64,000 nucleotides of DNA from an uncultured Nitrospiraceae bacterium (GCA_963846575.1 CAWJWJ010000001.1:1244530-1308529); one strand, 5' to 3'. Positions 37,279 to 49,440 are shown, counted from the first letter of the stretch. Made by a program: numbers and translations. Notes: generated by a model not told the origin, from the letters alone.

Positions 37279-38667
37279 GTGAACGTCAAAGACCTACAGG
37301 TCGCAGTCGTCGGTCTGGCGCGCAGCGGTGTGGCGGCGGCGCGGTTGCTCAATCAGCTCGGTGCGCGGGTGACCGTGGCCGATCGAAAAGAGCCGCAGGA
37401 ACTGACTGCGGTCCTCTCGCAGTTGACGCACATGGATGTGGCCGTGCAGGTCGGGAAGGACTACGAATCGGCGCTCGACCGTGCCGACCTGGTCGTAATT
37501 AGCCCCGGTGTACCGACCCGCCTCGATCCGCTTGATCGTGTGCGTGCTCGTGGCGTCCCCGTGATCGGCGAACTGGAGTTGGCGTCCCGATTTTTGACGG
37601 CGCCCATTCTGGCGGTGACCGGGACCAATGGCAAAAGCACGACGGTCACGTTGATCGGCAAATTTCTGCAGGAAGCCGGCAAGCGGGCCTTTGTCGGCGG
37701 GAATCTGGGGATTGCTGCCAGCGAAGCGGCCCTGGCCTGTCTCCAAGGGAAATCGGGAGGCGCAGCCCCGTTTGACTATGCCGTGCTGGAGGTGTCCAGT
37801 TTTCAACTCGAAACCATCGCGCAGTTTCATCCCTGGATTGCCGGGATCCTCAACGTGACCTTGGATCACATGGATCGGTATGCGTCGGTGGATGACTATG
37901 TGGCGGCCAAGGCGAACATCTGTTCCAACCAGACAGCCTCCGATTATTCGCTCTTTAATCTGGACGACGCCCGCGTCGCGGCGCTTCGGGGGCGCACGAA
38001 AGGCACCGTCATAGGATTCAGCCGGACGGCCAGCCTCCTCTCGGGCGTATCCGCGGCCACCTTTCTCGACGCAGACCGGATCGTGACGACGGTCAGAGGG
38101 CAACGGGAGGAGATCTGCCGTCGAAGCGACATGCGGCTCATTGGGCTGCATAACGTGGAAAATGTGATGGCGGCGGTGACCTACGGATTGCTCTGCGGCT
38201 GTTCGATCGAGGCGATTCGCACGGTGCTGCAGTCGTTTCCCGGATTGGAACATGCTCTGGAGGTGGTCCGTGAGCGCCGCGGCGTCCGTTTTGTGAATGA
38301 CTCGAAGGGCACGAACGTGGATGCGGTGCTCAAGGCCCTGGAAGGAATCGAGCAGCCGATCTGGTTGATTGCCGGAGGACGGGACAAGGGAGGCGATTTT
38401 GCCCGCCTGCGAGACATGATCCGGCAGCGAGTGAAGGGGCTGATTCTGATCGGCGAAGCGGCCGGGCGCATTCAGGCCGCGATGGATAATTTCGACCGGT
38501 GTCGTCCGGCAGCGACCCTCCGCGATGCCGTGGAGCTTGCTGCTCGCGAGGCGCAGCCCGGCGAGGTCGTATTACTCTCGCCGGCCTGCGCCAGTTTTGA
38601 CATGTTTGCGGATTATCAGGACCGGGGCCGCCAATTCAAGGCCCTGGTGCAGGCCCTGCCGGCGTGA
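37279..38667 (+). CDS. murD: UDP-MurNAc-L-Ala:D-Glu ligase MurD
   Basis: [41 protein letters not shown]. Confidence 0.97.
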   Translation: MNVKDLQVAVVGLARSGVAAARLLNQLGARVTVADRKEPQELTAVLSQLTHMDVAVQVGKDYESALDRADLVVISPGVPTRLDPLDRVRARGVPVIGELELASRFLTAPILAVTGTNGKSTTVTLIGKFLQEAGKRAFVGGNLGIAASEAALACLQGKSGGAAPFDYAVLEVSSFQLETIAQFHPWIAGILNVTLDHMDRYASVDDYVAAKANICSNQTASDYSLFNLDDARVAALRGRTKGTVIGFSRTASLLSGVSAATFLDADRIVTTVRGQREEICRRSDMRLIGLHNVENVMAAVTYGLLCGCSIEAIRTVLQSFPGLEHALEVVRERRGVRFVNDSKGTNVDAVLKALEGIEQPIWLIAGGRDKGGDFARLRDMIRQRVKGLILIGEAAGRIQAAMDNFDRCRPAATLRDAVELAAREAQPGEVVLLSPACASFDMFADYQDRGRQFKALVQALPA

Positions 38668-38702
38668 GCCCGGTGGGCGCAGGGAGAAACGACAACTGAA
38701 CG

Positions 38703-39911
38703 ATGAGACAGCATGCGCTCGGGACTCTCAGCTTGCCCTGGTCGGCCTCGCCCCAGCGGCCGGCCAAGAAAGTACAGGTCGACCCTGCGCTCCTGGCCGT
38801 CGCACTTGTGCTGGCGCTGGTCGGCGTCGTGATGGTGTTCAGTGCCAGTGCGGTGGTGGCGGGGAGCCGGTTTCACGATCCCTGGTATTTTCTCAAACGC
38901 CAATTGGCCTGGTTGGCTGCCGGTCTGCTCGTGATGCATATCGTGTCGAGGATCGATTATGGCATCTGGAAAAAACTGTCGATTCCATTGTTGTTGCTGA
39001 CGACGGTCCTGCTGGTGCTGGTGCTCGTACCGTCTTTCGGCAGCGTAGCCAAGGGGGCGCGGCGGTGGTTACATGCCGGTCCGATAAACATTCAGCCGGC
39101 CGAGTTGACCAAATTCGTCGCTGTGATTTACGTAGCGGCCTATGTGAGCAAGAAACAGGAACATCTCACCCACTTCGCCCGGGGTTTATTGCCGCCCTTG
39201 GTCGTCCTCGCCCTTCTCAGCGGGCTGGTGCTGCTGGAACCGGACCTGGGTACGGTCGTGGTAATGGGGCTTGTCGTGGTGACGCTGCTGTTTCTGGCGG
39301 GCGCCCGCATCAAACATCTGGCATTGTTGTCGTTGTGCGCCCTGCCAGCGGTGGGCGCATTGATCTTTGGATCGAGTTATCGGCGGCAGCGTATCCTGGA
39401 GTTCCTGCGTTCGGCGAAGGATCCGACCGGTGCGGGGTACCAAATCAACCAGTCGTTTCTGGCGTTCGGGAGCGGGGGACCATTCGGTGTGGGCCTGGGC
39501 GAGGGGAAGCAGAAGTTGTTCTTTCTGCCGGAAGCGCATACGGATTTTGTGCTGGCCTTGGTCGGCGAAGAACTGGGGCTGGTCGGGAGCGTGGCGATCG
39601 TGCTGCTGTTCGGTCTGTTCGTTCTCAAGGGGTTTCAGATCGCGGGGCGCGCGCGCACTCCGTTCGGTCGACATCTTGCCATGGGCATTACCATGCTGGT
39701 CGGCATGCAAGCGCTGGTGAATGCCGGCGTGGTGACGGGACTCCTGCCCACCAAAGGACTGACCCTGCCGTTTGTGAGTTACGGCGGCTCCTCACTGGTG
39801 GCGAATTTGTTCGGCGTGGGGATCCTGTTGAGCATTTCCCGCGATCGGCAGGGAGGACGGGAGAGCGGCGGGGCGCGCGGGGCGCGGAAACGCGGGGTAC
39901 TCACGGCATGA
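38703..39911 (+). CDS. ftsW: SEDS glycosyltransferase FtsW
   Basis: GARRW, QPAELTK, EPDLG, LPEAHTDF, LPFVSYGGSS. Confidence 0.96.
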   Translation: MRQHALGTLSLPWSASPQRPAKKVQVDPALLAVALVLALVGVVMVFSASAVVAGSRFHDPWYFLKRQLAWLAAGLLVMHIVSRIDYGIWKKLSIPLLLLTTVLLVLVLVPSFGSVAKGARRWLHAGPINIQPAELTKFVAVIYVAAYVSKKQEHLTHFARGLLPPLVVLALLSGLVLLEPDLGTVVVMGLVVVTLLFLAGARIKHLALLSLCALPAVGALIFGSSYRRQRILEFLRSAKDPTGAGYQINQSFLAFGSGGPFGVGLGEGKQKLFFLPEAHTDFVLALVGEELGLVGSVAIVLLFGLFVLKGFQIAGRARTPFGRHLAMGITMLVGMQALVNAGVVTGLLPTKGLTLPFVSYGGSSLVANLFGVGILLSISRDRQGGRESGGARGARKRGVLTA

Positions 39912-41029
39912 ATATCGTGATTGCAGCCGGCGGAACCGGCGGCCATCTATATCCGGCCATCGCGGTCGCGCGAGAATTTCTGCAGCGCGATTCCTCCGCG
40001 CGTATTCTCTTCGTCGGCACGACGCGGGGCATCGAGCGGAAGGTCTTGGCGCATGAGGGATTTTCGCTGCGGTGCATCAGCGCCAATCCTTTGATGGGGA
40101 AGCGTCCCCTCGAGATGGCGAAGGCGCTGGTCACGTTGCCGTTGAGTGTGAGGCAATCACTCACCATTCTCAAGGAACAGGGCGCGGATCTTGTGTTCGG
40201 AGTGGGCGGCTACACGAGCCCGGCGATGCTCATGGCGGCATTTTTGCGACGGATTCCCGGAGTGATTCTCGAACCGAACGCCTATCCCGGGATGGCGAAT
40301 AAAGTCGTGGCGCCGCTCGTGCAGCGAATCTTTCTCGCCTTTGAATCGACGGTGCAGTTTTTCGACCGGCACAAGACCCGGGTCGTCGGGACACCGGTCC
40401 GGCAGGCGTTTCTGGACGTCCAGGAGCCCTCCGGCGGTCGAGCCGAGGGCAACGGGACCCGGCATGTGCTGATTTTTGGCGGCAGTCAAGGCGCGAAGGC
40501 CATCAATTCAGCCGTGATCGAGGCCTTGCCGATGCTCAGCGCCATGAAGGAGACGATAACCATCACGCACCAGACCGGCGAGGCCGACCATGAACGGGTC
40601 GCTGCCGCCTATGGCCAGGCCGGGCTGTTCGCACACGTGGTGCCCTTTCTCTACGACATGCCGGCCGTATTACGCACGGCGGATCTGGTGGTGTCGCGGG
40701 CGGGAGCCATGACCATTGCGGAGCTGACTGTCTGCGGGAAACCGGCGATTCTGATCCCGCTTCCCACCGCCATCTACAACCATCAGTTGCGCAACGCGGA
40801 AGTCATGGCCCGGGCCGGAGGGGCGGTGCTCCTTCCCCAGGCGGAATTGACCGGCGCGGAACTGGCGCGAATCATCACCGACATTTTGCGCGAGCCTCAA
40901 CGGCTTCAGGCCATGAGTCAACAGAGCTGGAATATGCGGCGCAGCGATGCGGCAGAAGCCATTGTGCGCGAGTGCTACGACGTCATAAGGAGGCGCCATG
41001 AGAACAGAGGGAGCGCTCGCGTCCTATGA
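39908..41029 (+). CDS. murG: Lipid II GlcNAc transferase MurG
   Basis: [30 protein letters not shown]; real start ATG 39908. Confidence 0.97.
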   Translation: MNIVIAAGGTGGHLYPAIAVAREFLQRDSSARILFVGTTRGIERKVLAHEGFSLRCISANPLMGKRPLEMAKALVTLPLSVRQSLTILKEQGADLVFGVGGYTSPAMLMAAFLRRIPGVILEPNAYPGMANKVVAPLVQRIFLAFESTVQFFDRHKTRVVGTPVRQAFLDVQEPSGGRAEGNGTRHVLIFGGSQGAKAINSAVIEALPMLSAMKETITITHQTGEADHERVAAAYGQAGLFAHVVPFLYDMPAVLRTADLVVSRAGAMTIAELTVCGKPAILIPLPTAIYNHQLRNAEVMARAGGAVLLPQAELTGAELARIITDILREPQRLQAMSQQSWNMRRSDAAEAIVRECYDVIRRRHENRGSARVL

Positions 41030-41111
41030 TCAACGAGAGCGGGAGGGGCTACGCCCTGACAGGCAGGGCCTACGCGAACCATTTCGGACACAGGGGCTGA
41101 GGCAGGCGACG

Positions 41112-42500
41112 ATGTTTAGAAAAACACAACATATCCATTTGGTAGGCATCGGCGGTTCCGGCATGAGCGGCATCGCCGAGGTGTTGCTCACGCTGGGTTA
41201 CAAGGTCAGCGGCTCCGATCTCAGTCAGTCTGAAACCACGCGCCGGCTCGAAGAATTGGGCGGGCGCATTGCGATCGGGCATCAGGAGTCCAACATCGGC
41301 GAGGCGCAGGTCGTGGTGATTTCTTCCGCGGTGGCCGCGACCAATCCCGAAGTCGTCGCAGCGAAAGCGAAGCAGATTCCCGTCATCCCACGAGCCGAGA
41401 TGCTGGCGGAACTGATGCGCCTGAAGTTCGGCGTGGCCATTGCCGGCGCTCACGGGAAAACGACCACGACCTCGATGGTGGCCAATGTGCTGGCCCAGGG
41501 AGGGCTGGATCCGACCATGGTGATCGGTGGCAAGGTCAACGCGCTGGGAAGCCATGCCCGGCTGGGACGGGGTGACCTGCTGATTGCGGAAGCCGATGAG
41601 AGCGACGGATCATTTCTCCGGCTTGCGCCGACGATTGCGGCGGTGACGAATATCGATCGCGAGCATCTCGATCACTACGGAACGATGGAGCGGCTCAATG
41701 ACAGCTTCCTCGAGTTTGTGAACAAAGTCCCGTTCTATGGACTGGCCGTGCTCTGCGCCGATGATGAACGATTGCGAGAATTGCTGCCTCGCGTCGTCAA
41801 GCGCTATCAGACCTACGGCCTCCATGAACATTCCGGCCATGTGCCGGATTTCCGCGCGACCGACATCAGCCTGCGGCAGTGGGGTTCTGAATTTCGAGTC
41901 TTTTTCCGAGGAAAGAATCTCGGACCGTTCCGGCTGGCCATCCCCGGCATTCACAATGTCTCGAACTCGCTGATTGCAATAGCGATCGGTGTGGAATTGG
42001 AAATCCCCATCGACCTGATCCGGAAGGGACTCGCGGCGTTCACCGGCGTGGAGCGTCGATTTCATCTCCGTGGCGAGAAAGCCGGCATCATGGTCATCGA
42101 CGACTACGGGCACCATCCCACCGAGGTGCGGGCCACCATCGCGGCGGCCAAGCAGGGGTGGGGTCGGAGAGTCGTGGTGCTGTTCCAGCCGCATCGGTAC
42201 AGCCGTTCCCGGGATCTCATGCAGGAATTTTCTCATGCGTTCGATCAGGCGGATGCGCTCTTCATGACGGAAATCTATGCGGCGGGCGAACAGCCGATTC
42301 CCGGTGTATCGGGAGAGAAACTGGTCGAGGCCGTGCGCGCCGCCGGACACCCGTCGGCGACCTTCGTCGAACGCAGAGAGAATCTGACCGACCAGGTCGT
42401 ACCGACTCTGCAGCCAGGGGATCTCGTGATCACCCTCGGCGCAGGAGACATCTGGAAGGCGGGGCTCGCTATTCTTGAACGGTTACCGGCCTCCGCGTGA
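41112..42500 (+). CDS. murC: UDP-MurNAc:L-Ala ligase MurC
   Basis: [49 protein letters not shown]. Confidence 0.97.
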   Translation: MFRKTQHIHLVGIGGSGMSGIAEVLLTLGYKVSGSDLSQSETTRRLEELGGRIAIGHQESNIGEAQVVVISSAVAATNPEVVAAKAKQIPVIPRAEMLAELMRLKFGVAIAGAHGKTTTTSMVANVLAQGGLDPTMVIGGKVNALGSHARLGRGDLLIAEADESDGSFLRLAPTIAAVTNIDREHLDHYGTMERLNDSFLEFVNKVPFYGLAVLCADDERLRELLPRVVKRYQTYGLHEHSGHVPDFRATDISLRQWGSEFRVFFRGKNLGPFRLAIPGIHNVSNSLIAIAIGVELEIPIDLIRKGLAAFTGVERRFHLRGEKAGIMVIDDYGHHPTEVRATIAAAKQGWGRRVVVLFQPHRYSRSRDLMQEFSHAFDQADALFMTEIYAAGEQPIPGVSGEKLVEAVRAAGHPSATFVERRENLTDQVVPTLQPGDLVITLGAGDIWKAGLAILERLPASA

Positions 42501-42504
42501 TGTC

Positions 42505-43449
42505 ATGGCCGAGAGGAAGTCAGGTGCAACGCGCCGGCAGCCACCCACGAGGAGCAAGGACGAGTGGGCACGGATTCTCCAGGGCGTTCGAGGCACGGTC
42601 ATCTGTGAGGCGTCGCTGGCGGCCTATACCTCGTTTCGGATCGGGGGGCCTGCCGAGGTCCTGGTCAAACCCGCGGATGTGGACGATCTTGGTCTGGTGG
42701 TGGCGCAGGCGCGCAGGGAGCACGTGCCGATCTTCGTCCTGGGCGGGACCAACCTCCTCGTGCGCGACGGCGGTATCCGTGGCATCGTGGTCAGTCTCGG
42801 GAATCTTAAGGCGATGCGCCGGGAGCCGGACCATGTGCTCTATGCCGAAGGAGGCGTGGGCATGCCGACTTTGATCGGATATGCCCTCCGCCGTTCCCTG
42901 GCCGGGTTGGAATGGGGAGCCGGTATTCCCGGCACGGTCGCCGGATGTGTGGTGATGAATGCCGGAACGAGACTGGGGGAAATGAAGGATTCGCTCAAAG
43001 CCGTCCGGATGGTGAATCAGCACGGCCGAGTGGTGGATATTCCGGCTACCGATATCCCGTTCAGCTACCGGCGGGCGCATCTGCCGCGAGGTATCGTGGC
43101 GGGCGTCTGGTTGCAATTGAAACCGGGCGACCAGCAGCAGATCGAGAAAACGGTGAAGGACTATTTGCAATACCGCAAAGACACTCAGCCGCTGACATTG
43201 CCGAGTGCCGGGTGCGTCTTCAAGAATCCCCCGCGAGAATCGGCCGGCCGCCTGGTGGAGGCGGCGGGGTTGAAGGGCGCTCGAATCGGCGACGCTCAGG
43301 TGTCTGAGAAACATGCCAATTTCATGGTGAACGTGGGGAGCGCACGCGCGCAGGATGTGCTGACTCTCATTAAGCAGGTCCGCGCAGCCGTCAAACAGAA
43401 GTCCGGAGTGGCATTGGAGCTGGAACTCAAGGTCGTCGGGCAGGCCTGA
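42505..43449 (+). CDS. murB: UDP-N-acetylenolpyruvoylglucosamine reductase MurB
   Basis: TSFRIGGPA, GIPGTVAG..MNAG, FSYR, PSAGCVFKNP, VSEKHANF. Confidence 0.96.
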   Translation: MAERKSGATRRQPPTRSKDEWARILQGVRGTVICEASLAAYTSFRIGGPAEVLVKPADVDDLGLVVAQARREHVPIFVLGGTNLLVRDGGIRGIVVSLGNLKAMRREPDHVLYAEGGVGMPTLIGYALRRSLAGLEWGAGIPGTVAGCVVMNAGTRLGEMKDSLKAVRMVNQHGRVVDIPATDIPFSYRRAHLPRGIVAGVWLQLKPGDQQQIEKTVKDYLQYRKDTQPLTLPSAGCVFKNPPRESAGRLVEAAGLKGARIGDAQVSEKHANFMVNVGSARAQDVLTLIKQVRAAVKQKSGVALELELKVVGQA

Positions 43450-43471
43450 AGAACGGAGATTGGGGAAGGGG

Positions 43472-44461
43472 ATGGACGTGACAGAATTGAAGCCGTTGAC
43501 TCGTTCAAAGGTCGGGGTCTTGATGGGCGGACAATCCTCAGAGCGTGAGATCTCCCTCAAGACCGGCGAGGCTGTCTATCGGTCACTCGTACGCAGTGGC
43601 TACGATGCCGTCGCGATCGATGTGGGTCCGGCCCTGTACCAGACCCTGCAGGAACAGCTGGTTGAGATGGCGTTTCTGGCGCTGCATGGACCGGGCGGAG
43701 AGGACGGTGCGATTCAAGGTTTTCTGGAGACGTTGGGCATCCCCTATACCGGATCCGGTGTGCGGGCCAGCGCGATCGGCATGCACAAGGTGGCGACCAA
43801 GACGCAACTGGCTGCCGAAAAAATTCCTGTGCCCGGCGGGACCGTGGTGTGGCGGGGCACATCCACGACTCTGGGGCGTCTGCTCACCGCCTGTAAGCTG
43901 AAGTTGCCCGTGGTGGTCAAGCCGGCGAGTCAGGGATCCACGATCGGCGTGACCATCGTCCGCACGTCCTCGCAATGGAAAGAGGCATTGCGTCTGGCAC
44001 ATCAGTACGACGAAGAGGCCATGGTCGAGGCGTTCATCCCGGGGCATGAGGTCACGGTGTCCTTGCTGGGCGGCGCTGATGGAACGGTGACCAGCCTGCC
44101 GGCGGTTGAAATCGTCGCACCGGATGGGTTCTACGACTTCTCCGCCAAATATGAAAAGGGCCGAACCCAGTACCTCTGTCCGGCGCCCCTCTCCGCCGCG
44201 GTGACCCGGCAGATTCGACAGATCGCGATCAAGACCTATCGGGTATTGGGCTGCAAAGGGGCGGCGCGCGTCGATTTCCGCATCACGCCGAAGGGGAAAC
44301 CCTACGTACTCGAAATTAATACCGTGCCCGGCATGACGGAGACGAGTCTACTGCCGATGGCGGCGGGCAAGGCCGATATCGCCTATGACGCATTGACGGA
44401 ACGCATTCTTCAATCTGCGATCGAACGCGCAGGAACCGGTTCATTTCGAGCGGTGAGGTAA
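43472..44461 (+). CDS. ddl: D-alanine--D-alanine ligase
   Basis: GGQSSEREISL, LHGPGGEDG, GSTIG, YDFSAKY, LEINTVPGMT. Confidence 0.96.
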   Translation: MDVTELKPLTRSKVGVLMGGQSSEREISLKTGEAVYRSLVRSGYDAVAIDVGPALYQTLQEQLVEMAFLALHGPGGEDGAIQGFLETLGIPYTGSGVRASAIGMHKVATKTQLAAEKIPVPGGTVVWRGTSTTLGRLLTACKLKLPVVVKPASQGSTIGVTIVRTSSQWKEALRLAHQYDEEAMVEAFIPGHEVTVSLLGGADGTVTSLPAVEIVAPDGFYDFSAKYEKGRTQYLCPAPLSAAVTRQIRQIAIKTYRVLGCKGAARVDFRITPKGKPYVLEINTVPGMTETSLLPMAAGKADIAYDALTERILQSAIERAGTGSFRAVR

Positions 44462-44463
44462 GG

Positions 44464-45336
44464 ATGTCTCTGCGGTGGCGCCGTACAACCCGCGCAAAAA
44501 AGGACAATCCGAGGGCGAACGCACGGTTCGAATCGCCCTTCAAGCGCGAGCGAGGCGGCGCCGCCCGAGGGTACTGGTCAAGGTTGGGGCGGGGACTGCT
44601 GACTTCTCTGCGGGTGGTCGCCACGGTAACGGTGTTGGTCGGGGGTTGCTCCGGACTGTTCGTGCTGGCCCGCGAATTAGGGCCTCTCACGCGGGAGTGG
44701 TTCCTCGTGCGATCAGTGTCCGTGAGTGGCTTGAAGCATGTGACCAGAAAAGAGGTAATCAGCCGCCTTGCGTTGAAACCCGATACGGCGTTGTATTCCA
44801 TTAATCCCTCCTGGCTGGCGGAACGGATTCGTGCCCATCCGTGGATCAAAGATGCCAGGGTGGCCTTAAAGCCGTTACATGATATCCACGTTGAGATCGT
44901 GGAGCGGGAGCCGGCAGTCGTGGTGCGCACGTTGACGGAAAATCTCCTGACCGATGCGGAGGGCGTTCTGCTGGCCCACCTCGGGCCGGCGGATGATCCG
45001 ACTCTGCCGATCCTCTCGGGGGTGGACGGTAAGCGGCTGGTCCAGGGTAAGGCCGATGATCGGCGGGCGGTCCGCGTCGGCGCGCTGCTGGCACGCATGG
45101 TCGGGCAGACGACCGGCGGGCGTCCCGACATCAACGTGGGGAATTTGAATAATCTGGTCGTGGTGGTACAGGGCGTGACGTTCCAATTCAGCGAGGCCTC
45201 CATGGATCAACAGTGGGCTCGGTTTCTCAAGATGCGGCCCGCGCTGCATGATGTGGCGTTTGACGGCGAGGGCGCGAGGGCGAATGAAATTGATCTTCGC
45301 TTTGCGGACCGCGTCATTGTTCGGGGAAGGGGGTGA
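44464..45336 (+). CDS. ftsQ: Cell division protein FtsQ/DivIB
   Basis: TM plus POTRA (HPWIKDARV..IVEREP), C-terminal IDLRF; between ddl and ftsA. Confidence 0.9.
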   Translation: MSLRWRRTTRAKKDNPRANARFESPFKRERGGAARGYWSRLGRGLLTSLRVVATVTVLVGGCSGLFVLARELGPLTREWFLVRSVSVSGLKHVTRKEVISRLALKPDTALYSINPSWLAERIRAHPWIKDARVALKPLHDIHVEIVEREPAVVVRTLTENLLTDAEGVLLAHLGPADDPTLPILSGVDGKRLVQGKADDRRAVRVGALLARMVGQTTGGRPDINVGNLNNLVVVVQGVTFQFSEASMDQQWARFLKMRPALHDVAFDGEGARANEIDLRFADRVIVRGRG

Positions 45337-46577
45337 GCCGAGTGTCTAAGCGAGATCATATTCTGGTCGGGCTCGACATCGGGACCACCAAGATTTGCGC
45401 GATTGTCGCCGAAGTGCCGGAGGAGGGCCCGCTGACTATCATCGGGGTCGGCTCCTGCCCGTCACGCGGCCTTCGCAAGGGTGTCGTGGTCAATATCGAG
45501 AGCACCGTGGAGTCGATTAAAAAGGCGGTCGAAGAGGCGGAGTTGATGGCGGCTGTGCAGATCAACTCCGTGTATACGGGCATCGCCGGAAGCCATATCT
45601 CCGGAGAGAATCTCAAGGGCGTCGTGGCGCTCAAGAAACAGGAAGTCACCCGAGATGACATCAGCCGCGCCGTGGAAAGCGCGCGGACTCTCGCGGTGAT
45701 TCCCCACGAGCGGCGCATTCTGCATGTGTTGCCACGCGAGTTCATGGTCGACGACCAGGAGGGCGTCCGTGAGCCGCTGGGCATGTCGGGCAATCGCCTC
45801 GAGGTGAACGTGCACGTGATTACCGGGGCCGTGACCTCGGCGCAAAACATCATCAAGAGCGTGAATCGAGCGGGACTGGATGTGGTGGATATTATCCTGC
45901 AGCCGCTCGCCTCGAGCGAGGCCGTGCTCAGTGCGGAAGAGCGTGAGTTGGGGGTGGCCATGGTGGATCTGGGTGGAGGCACGACCGATCTTGCGATCTT
46001 TCTCGACGGCAGCATCCGGCATACGGCGGTGCTTCCCATCGGCGGGCAAAATCTGACGAAGGACCTGGCCATCGGCCTGTTGACCTCGCAAACCGATGCA
46101 GAAAAAATCAAAGTGCAGCATGGGATCGCCCGCACCGAGCTGGTACATGGGCATCAGACCGTGGAAGTTCCGTCCGTCGGCGACCGTCCTCCGCGGCAGT
46201 TCACGCGACGCGATATCGCCGAAATCCTCGAACCGCGCGTCGAAGAAATGTTCGATCTGGTGAAACGGGAAATCGTGCGGGCCGGGTATGAGGGCATGTT
46301 GGGAGCCGGCGTCGTCATCACGGGGGGGACCTCGCTGTTGGAAGGCATGCCGGATGCCGCGGAGCGAGGGCTGAACCTCCCTGCCCGGCGGGGTATGCCG
46401 ACAGGAATCGGCGGATTACGCGATATCGTGAGTAATCCGATGCATGCCACCGGCGTCGGACTGCTGCTGCATGCCCGTCAACATGCCGACAATCTGGAGG
46501 CTGCCGGCATACGTCACGGCAAGGGCTTGGGAAAAGTTCTGGATCGTATGCGCTCGTGGATGTTCGAATTTTTTTAA
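45333..46577 (+). CDS. ftsA: Cell division protein FtsA
   Basis: GLDIGTTKI, GLRKGVVVNI, DLGGGTTD, GVVITGG. Confidence 0.97.
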   Translation: MSRVSKRDHILVGLDIGTTKICAIVAEVPEEGPLTIIGVGSCPSRGLRKGVVVNIESTVESIKKAVEEAELMAAVQINSVYTGIAGSHISGENLKGVVALKKQEVTRDDISRAVESARTLAVIPHERRILHVLPREFMVDDQEGVREPLGMSGNRLEVNVHVITGAVTSAQNIIKSVNRAGLDVVDIILQPLASSEAVLSAEERELGVAMVDLGGGTTDLAIFLDGSIRHTAVLPIGGQNLTKDLAIGLLTSQTDAEKIKVQHGIARTELVHGHQTVEVPSVGDRPPRQFTRRDIAEILEPRVEEMFDLVKREIVRAGYEGMLGAGVVITGGTSLLEGMPDAAERGLNLPARRGMPTGIGGLRDIVSNPMHATGVGLLLHARQHADNLEAAGIRHGKGLGKVLDRMRSWMFEFF

Positions 46578-46631
46578 CTGTCGCGGGCGGCATGACGCCG
46601 CCTCCGCGCCATCGTCAAGGGAGGTGCCACG

Positions 46632-47831
46632 ATGTTTTCATTTCAAGAAGAACCTCAATCCCCCGTCCGGATCAAGGTCATCGGTGTCGGTGGGGCGGGC
46701 TGCAATGCCGTCAATACCATGATTACCGGCGGATTGTGCCGGGTCGATTTCGTGGCTGCCAACACGGACGTCCAAGCGCTTGAGCGGTCACACGCCTCCT
46801 ACAAGATTCAGATGGGGCCCGAGCGGACCCGCGGGCTCGGAGCCGGCGCCAAACCGGACGTCGGGCGCGATGCCGCGCTGGAGAGCAAGGATGAGATTCG
46901 CGAGAGTCTCGTCGGCGCCGATATGGTGTTTGTCACGGCGGGCATGGGAGGTGGGACCGGCACGGGGGCTGCCCCGATTGTGGCGAGCATTGCGCGCGAG
47001 TTGGGAATTCTCACGGTGGCCGTCGTCACGAAGCCGTTCCAGTACGAAGGTCATCGGCGGATGAGCCATGCCGAGGAAGGGATCAGGGAACTGGGCCGGC
47101 ATGTCGATACGCTGCTGATCATTCCCAATCAGCGGTTGCTCGGCATTGTCGATAAGGCCACTCCGCTGCTGGATGCGTTCAAGGTAGCGGACGATGTGCT
47201 GCGTCAAGCCATTCAAGGGATCGCCGACGTGATCACCACCATCGGGTTGGTGAACGTCGACTTTGCCGACGTGCGTACCATCATGGCCCACACGGGGCGC
47301 GCGGTCATGGGAATGGGCATCGCACGCGGTGCCAATCGTGCGCAAGAAGCGGCGCAGAAAGCGATTTGCAGCCCGTTGTTGGAGGAAGGCAGCGTGGAGG
47401 GGGCGCGGGGTGTACTGTTGAATATCACGGGCGGACCGAATATGTCTCTCCATGAAGTGGAAGAGGCGGCCTCGATCGTGCAGCATGCGGCGGATGCCGA
47501 AGCGAACATCATCGTCGGACAGGTCATCAATCCAGAAATCGGCGACGATCTGATCGTGACCGTCATCGCCACGGGGTTCGAACGGGAAGAAGTCCCGGTT
47601 GTGCGGCCGGTGACGCAGGAACGTCAGGCGGCCAGAACCCCGAACGTGCGGCCTGCGCAGCAGGTGTTGACTGGCGTGCATGGCTCGCAATCCGACCGCC
47701 CGCATAAAGATTTGGACCGGCCGACCTTCCTGCGGCGCATGGGCGAGCAGCGTGAGGCGGTCGAACGGGTGGCCGTGGTCGGTGATGACGAGTGGGACGT
47801 GCCGACGTTCCTGCGGAAACAAGCCGACTAG
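46632..47831 (+). CDS. ftsZ: Cell division protein FtsZ
   Basis: [25 protein letters not shown]-terminal DVPTFLRK. Confidence 0.98.
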   Translation: MFSFQEEPQSPVRIKVIGVGGAGCNAVNTMITGGLCRVDFVAANTDVQALERSHASYKIQMGPERTRGLGAGAKPDVGRDAALESKDEIRESLVGADMVFVTAGMGGGTGTGAAPIVASIARELGILTVAVVTKPFQYEGHRRMSHAEEGIRELGRHVDTLLIIPNQRLLGIVDKATPLLDAFKVADDVLRQAIQGIADVITTIGLVNVDFADVRTIMAHTGRAVMGMGIARGANRAQEAAQKAICSPLLEEGSVEGARGVLLNITGGPNMSLHEVEEAASIVQHAADAEANIIVGQVINPEIGDDLIVTVIATGFEREEVPVVRPVTQERQAARTPNVRPAQQVLTGVHGSQSDRPHKDLDRPTFLRRMGEQREAVERVAVVGDDEWDVPTFLRKQAD

Positions 47832-47870
47832 GATAGTCCTTATCGGCGACGGCGAGGATACAGAGATACG

Positions 47871-48608
47871 ATGGCTTCTGCGGTCATTACGGTACCGTCG
47901 TTTGCGCCGGACTCGGATGGCGTCGAACACTTCTTCGGAACCCGGTTGTCGCCCCTCACGGTGGTGCCGGGTTTCCCGTCCTCGCCGCAAGGCGGGCGAA
48001 CGGAGCGCGCCGCGAAGGTGGTCCTGTCGGTCAGGCAGGTTCATGGGACGGACGCTTTGATTGTGGATCAGCCGATCCGCCAGGGCGAGTCCTTTGAGGG
48101 CGGATGGGATGCCTTGGTCACTAACCAGCCCGGCGTGATGGTGACCGTCCGGACGGCTGACTGTGTCCCTGTCCTGCTGCATGATCCGGTGCGGCGAGTC
48201 GTGGCGGCCGTGCATGCCGGTTGGCGTGGCGCTGTTGCCGGGATCGTCCCGAAGACGGTGGCGTTGCTGGTCAGTCGATTCGGAGTGACCGTCGAGCAAT
48301 TACGCATGGCGATCGGCCCCTCAGCCGGTGCCTGCTGTTATGAAGTGGATGAACCGGTGCTGTCACGATTATGCGAGGTCTTTCCCGACTGGCAGGAGGT
48401 TGTGGAGCCGGTGGGAACTGACAAGGCTCGCCTCGATCTTCGTGCGTTCGTGCGGCGGCAGGCTCTTGCTGCAGGGTTGTTATCGGAACGGATCGCAACG
48501 GTCAATGCCTGCACGATCTGTCACCCGGATCTGTTTTTCAGCTACCGCCGCGAGGGTGTGGTCAAGGCGACGATGGTGAGCGGGATCGCGCTGCTTCCGT
48601 CCCCATAG
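47871..48608 (+). CDS. pgeF: Peptidoglycan editing factor PgeF (YfiH/YlmD)
   Basis: QVHG, TADCVPVLL, HAGWRG, IGPS..CCYEV, FFSYRR. Confidence 0.93.
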   Translation: MASAVITVPSFAPDSDGVEHFFGTRLSPLTVVPGFPSSPQGGRTERAAKVVLSVRQVHGTDALIVDQPIRQGESFEGGWDALVTNQPGVMVTVRTADCVPVLLHDPVRRVVAAVHAGWRGAVAGIVPKTVALLVSRFGVTVEQLRMAIGPSAGACCYEVDEPVLSRLCEVFPDWQEVVEPVGTDKARLDLRAFVRRQALAAGLLSERIATVNACTICHPDLFFSYRREGVVKATMVSGIALLPSP

Positions 48609-48732
48609 TCCCTTCCCTACGGCTGGGACCTGGCAGGTAGCGGCGGAGGATCGCGAAGACAGGGCCGTGGAATGACCTGAACATACTGATGCGGTGTGAT
48701 GCGATCCATTGGGAGGCGGCCACAGTAACCAG

Positions 48733-49440
48733 ATGGATTCAGTATCGGGTACGATTGCCGCTCGAGTTCGAGCAGTGCTCGACGAGATCCATCGGGCAGC
48801 CATTCGCGCGGGCCGCCCCCCTGACGCGGTCAGGCTCATCGCGGTTTCGAAAACGGTTTCTGTCGGACATCTTCGGGAAGCCGTGGATGCCGGAATCCGG
48901 CATGTCGGTGAGAATCGCCTCCAGGAGGCCTTGCCGAAACTTGAGACTCTGGGACGGGATGGGGTCATCTGGCATTTTATCGGCACGTTGCAGCGGCGTA
49001 AGGTCAAGTCGGTCATCGGGCGTTTTGATACCATTCAGTCGGTCGACAGTCTCGCACTGGCGCAAGAGATCGACCGGCGGGCCGGAGAAGCCGGTCTCCG
49101 TCAACGTATCATGCTGGAAGTGAATCTCGGGGGAGAGGCCAGCAAGGGCGGGTTCGAGCCGGCCGGTCTCTTGGCCGTGCTGCCCGAGCTGAACGGACTG
49201 GCCTGTCTCGACATTCGCGGTCTCATGACCATTCCGCCGCCCAGTCCCACAGCAGAAGGGGCGCGTCCGTATTTTCGCCGGCTCCGGGAGTTGGCTCAGG
49301 CATTGACAGCGCAAGGTTGCGGGAACATTAATATGCAGGAACTGTCGATGGGCATGTCTCAGGACTTTCCGGTGGCCATTGAAGAGGGTGCGACCTACGT
49401 GCGAGTTGGAACCGCAATCTTTGGGGAGCGACGTGACTGA
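48733..49440 (+). CDS. yggS: PLP homeostasis protein YggS/PipY
   Basis: LIAVSKT, GENRLQE, WHFIGTLQ, GLMTIP, LSMGMS, VRVGTAIFG. Confidence 0.95.
   Translation: MDSVSGTIAARVRAVLDEIHRAAIRAGRPPDAVRLIAVSKTVSVGHLREAVDAGIRHVGENRLQEALPKLETLGRDGVIWHFIGTLQRRKVKSVIGRFDTIQSVDSLALAQEIDRRAGEAGLRQRIMLEVNLGGEASKGGFEPAGLLAVLPELNGLACLDIRGLMTIPPPSPTAEGARPYFRRLRELAQALTAQGCGNINMQELSMGMSQDFPVAIEEGATYVRVGTAIFGERRD

Noticed and set aside
38525..41029. 834-aa ORF suggesting a MurG fusion
   Set aside because: The N-terminal 461 codons overlap murD/ftsW in another frame; MurG starts at ATG 39908
46788..48299. 503-aa minus-strand ORF and other long antisense ORFs (6382-7347, 11877-13121, 13100-14326, 42520-43560, 54827-55810)
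   Set aside because: Opposite well-supported genes, with no motifs
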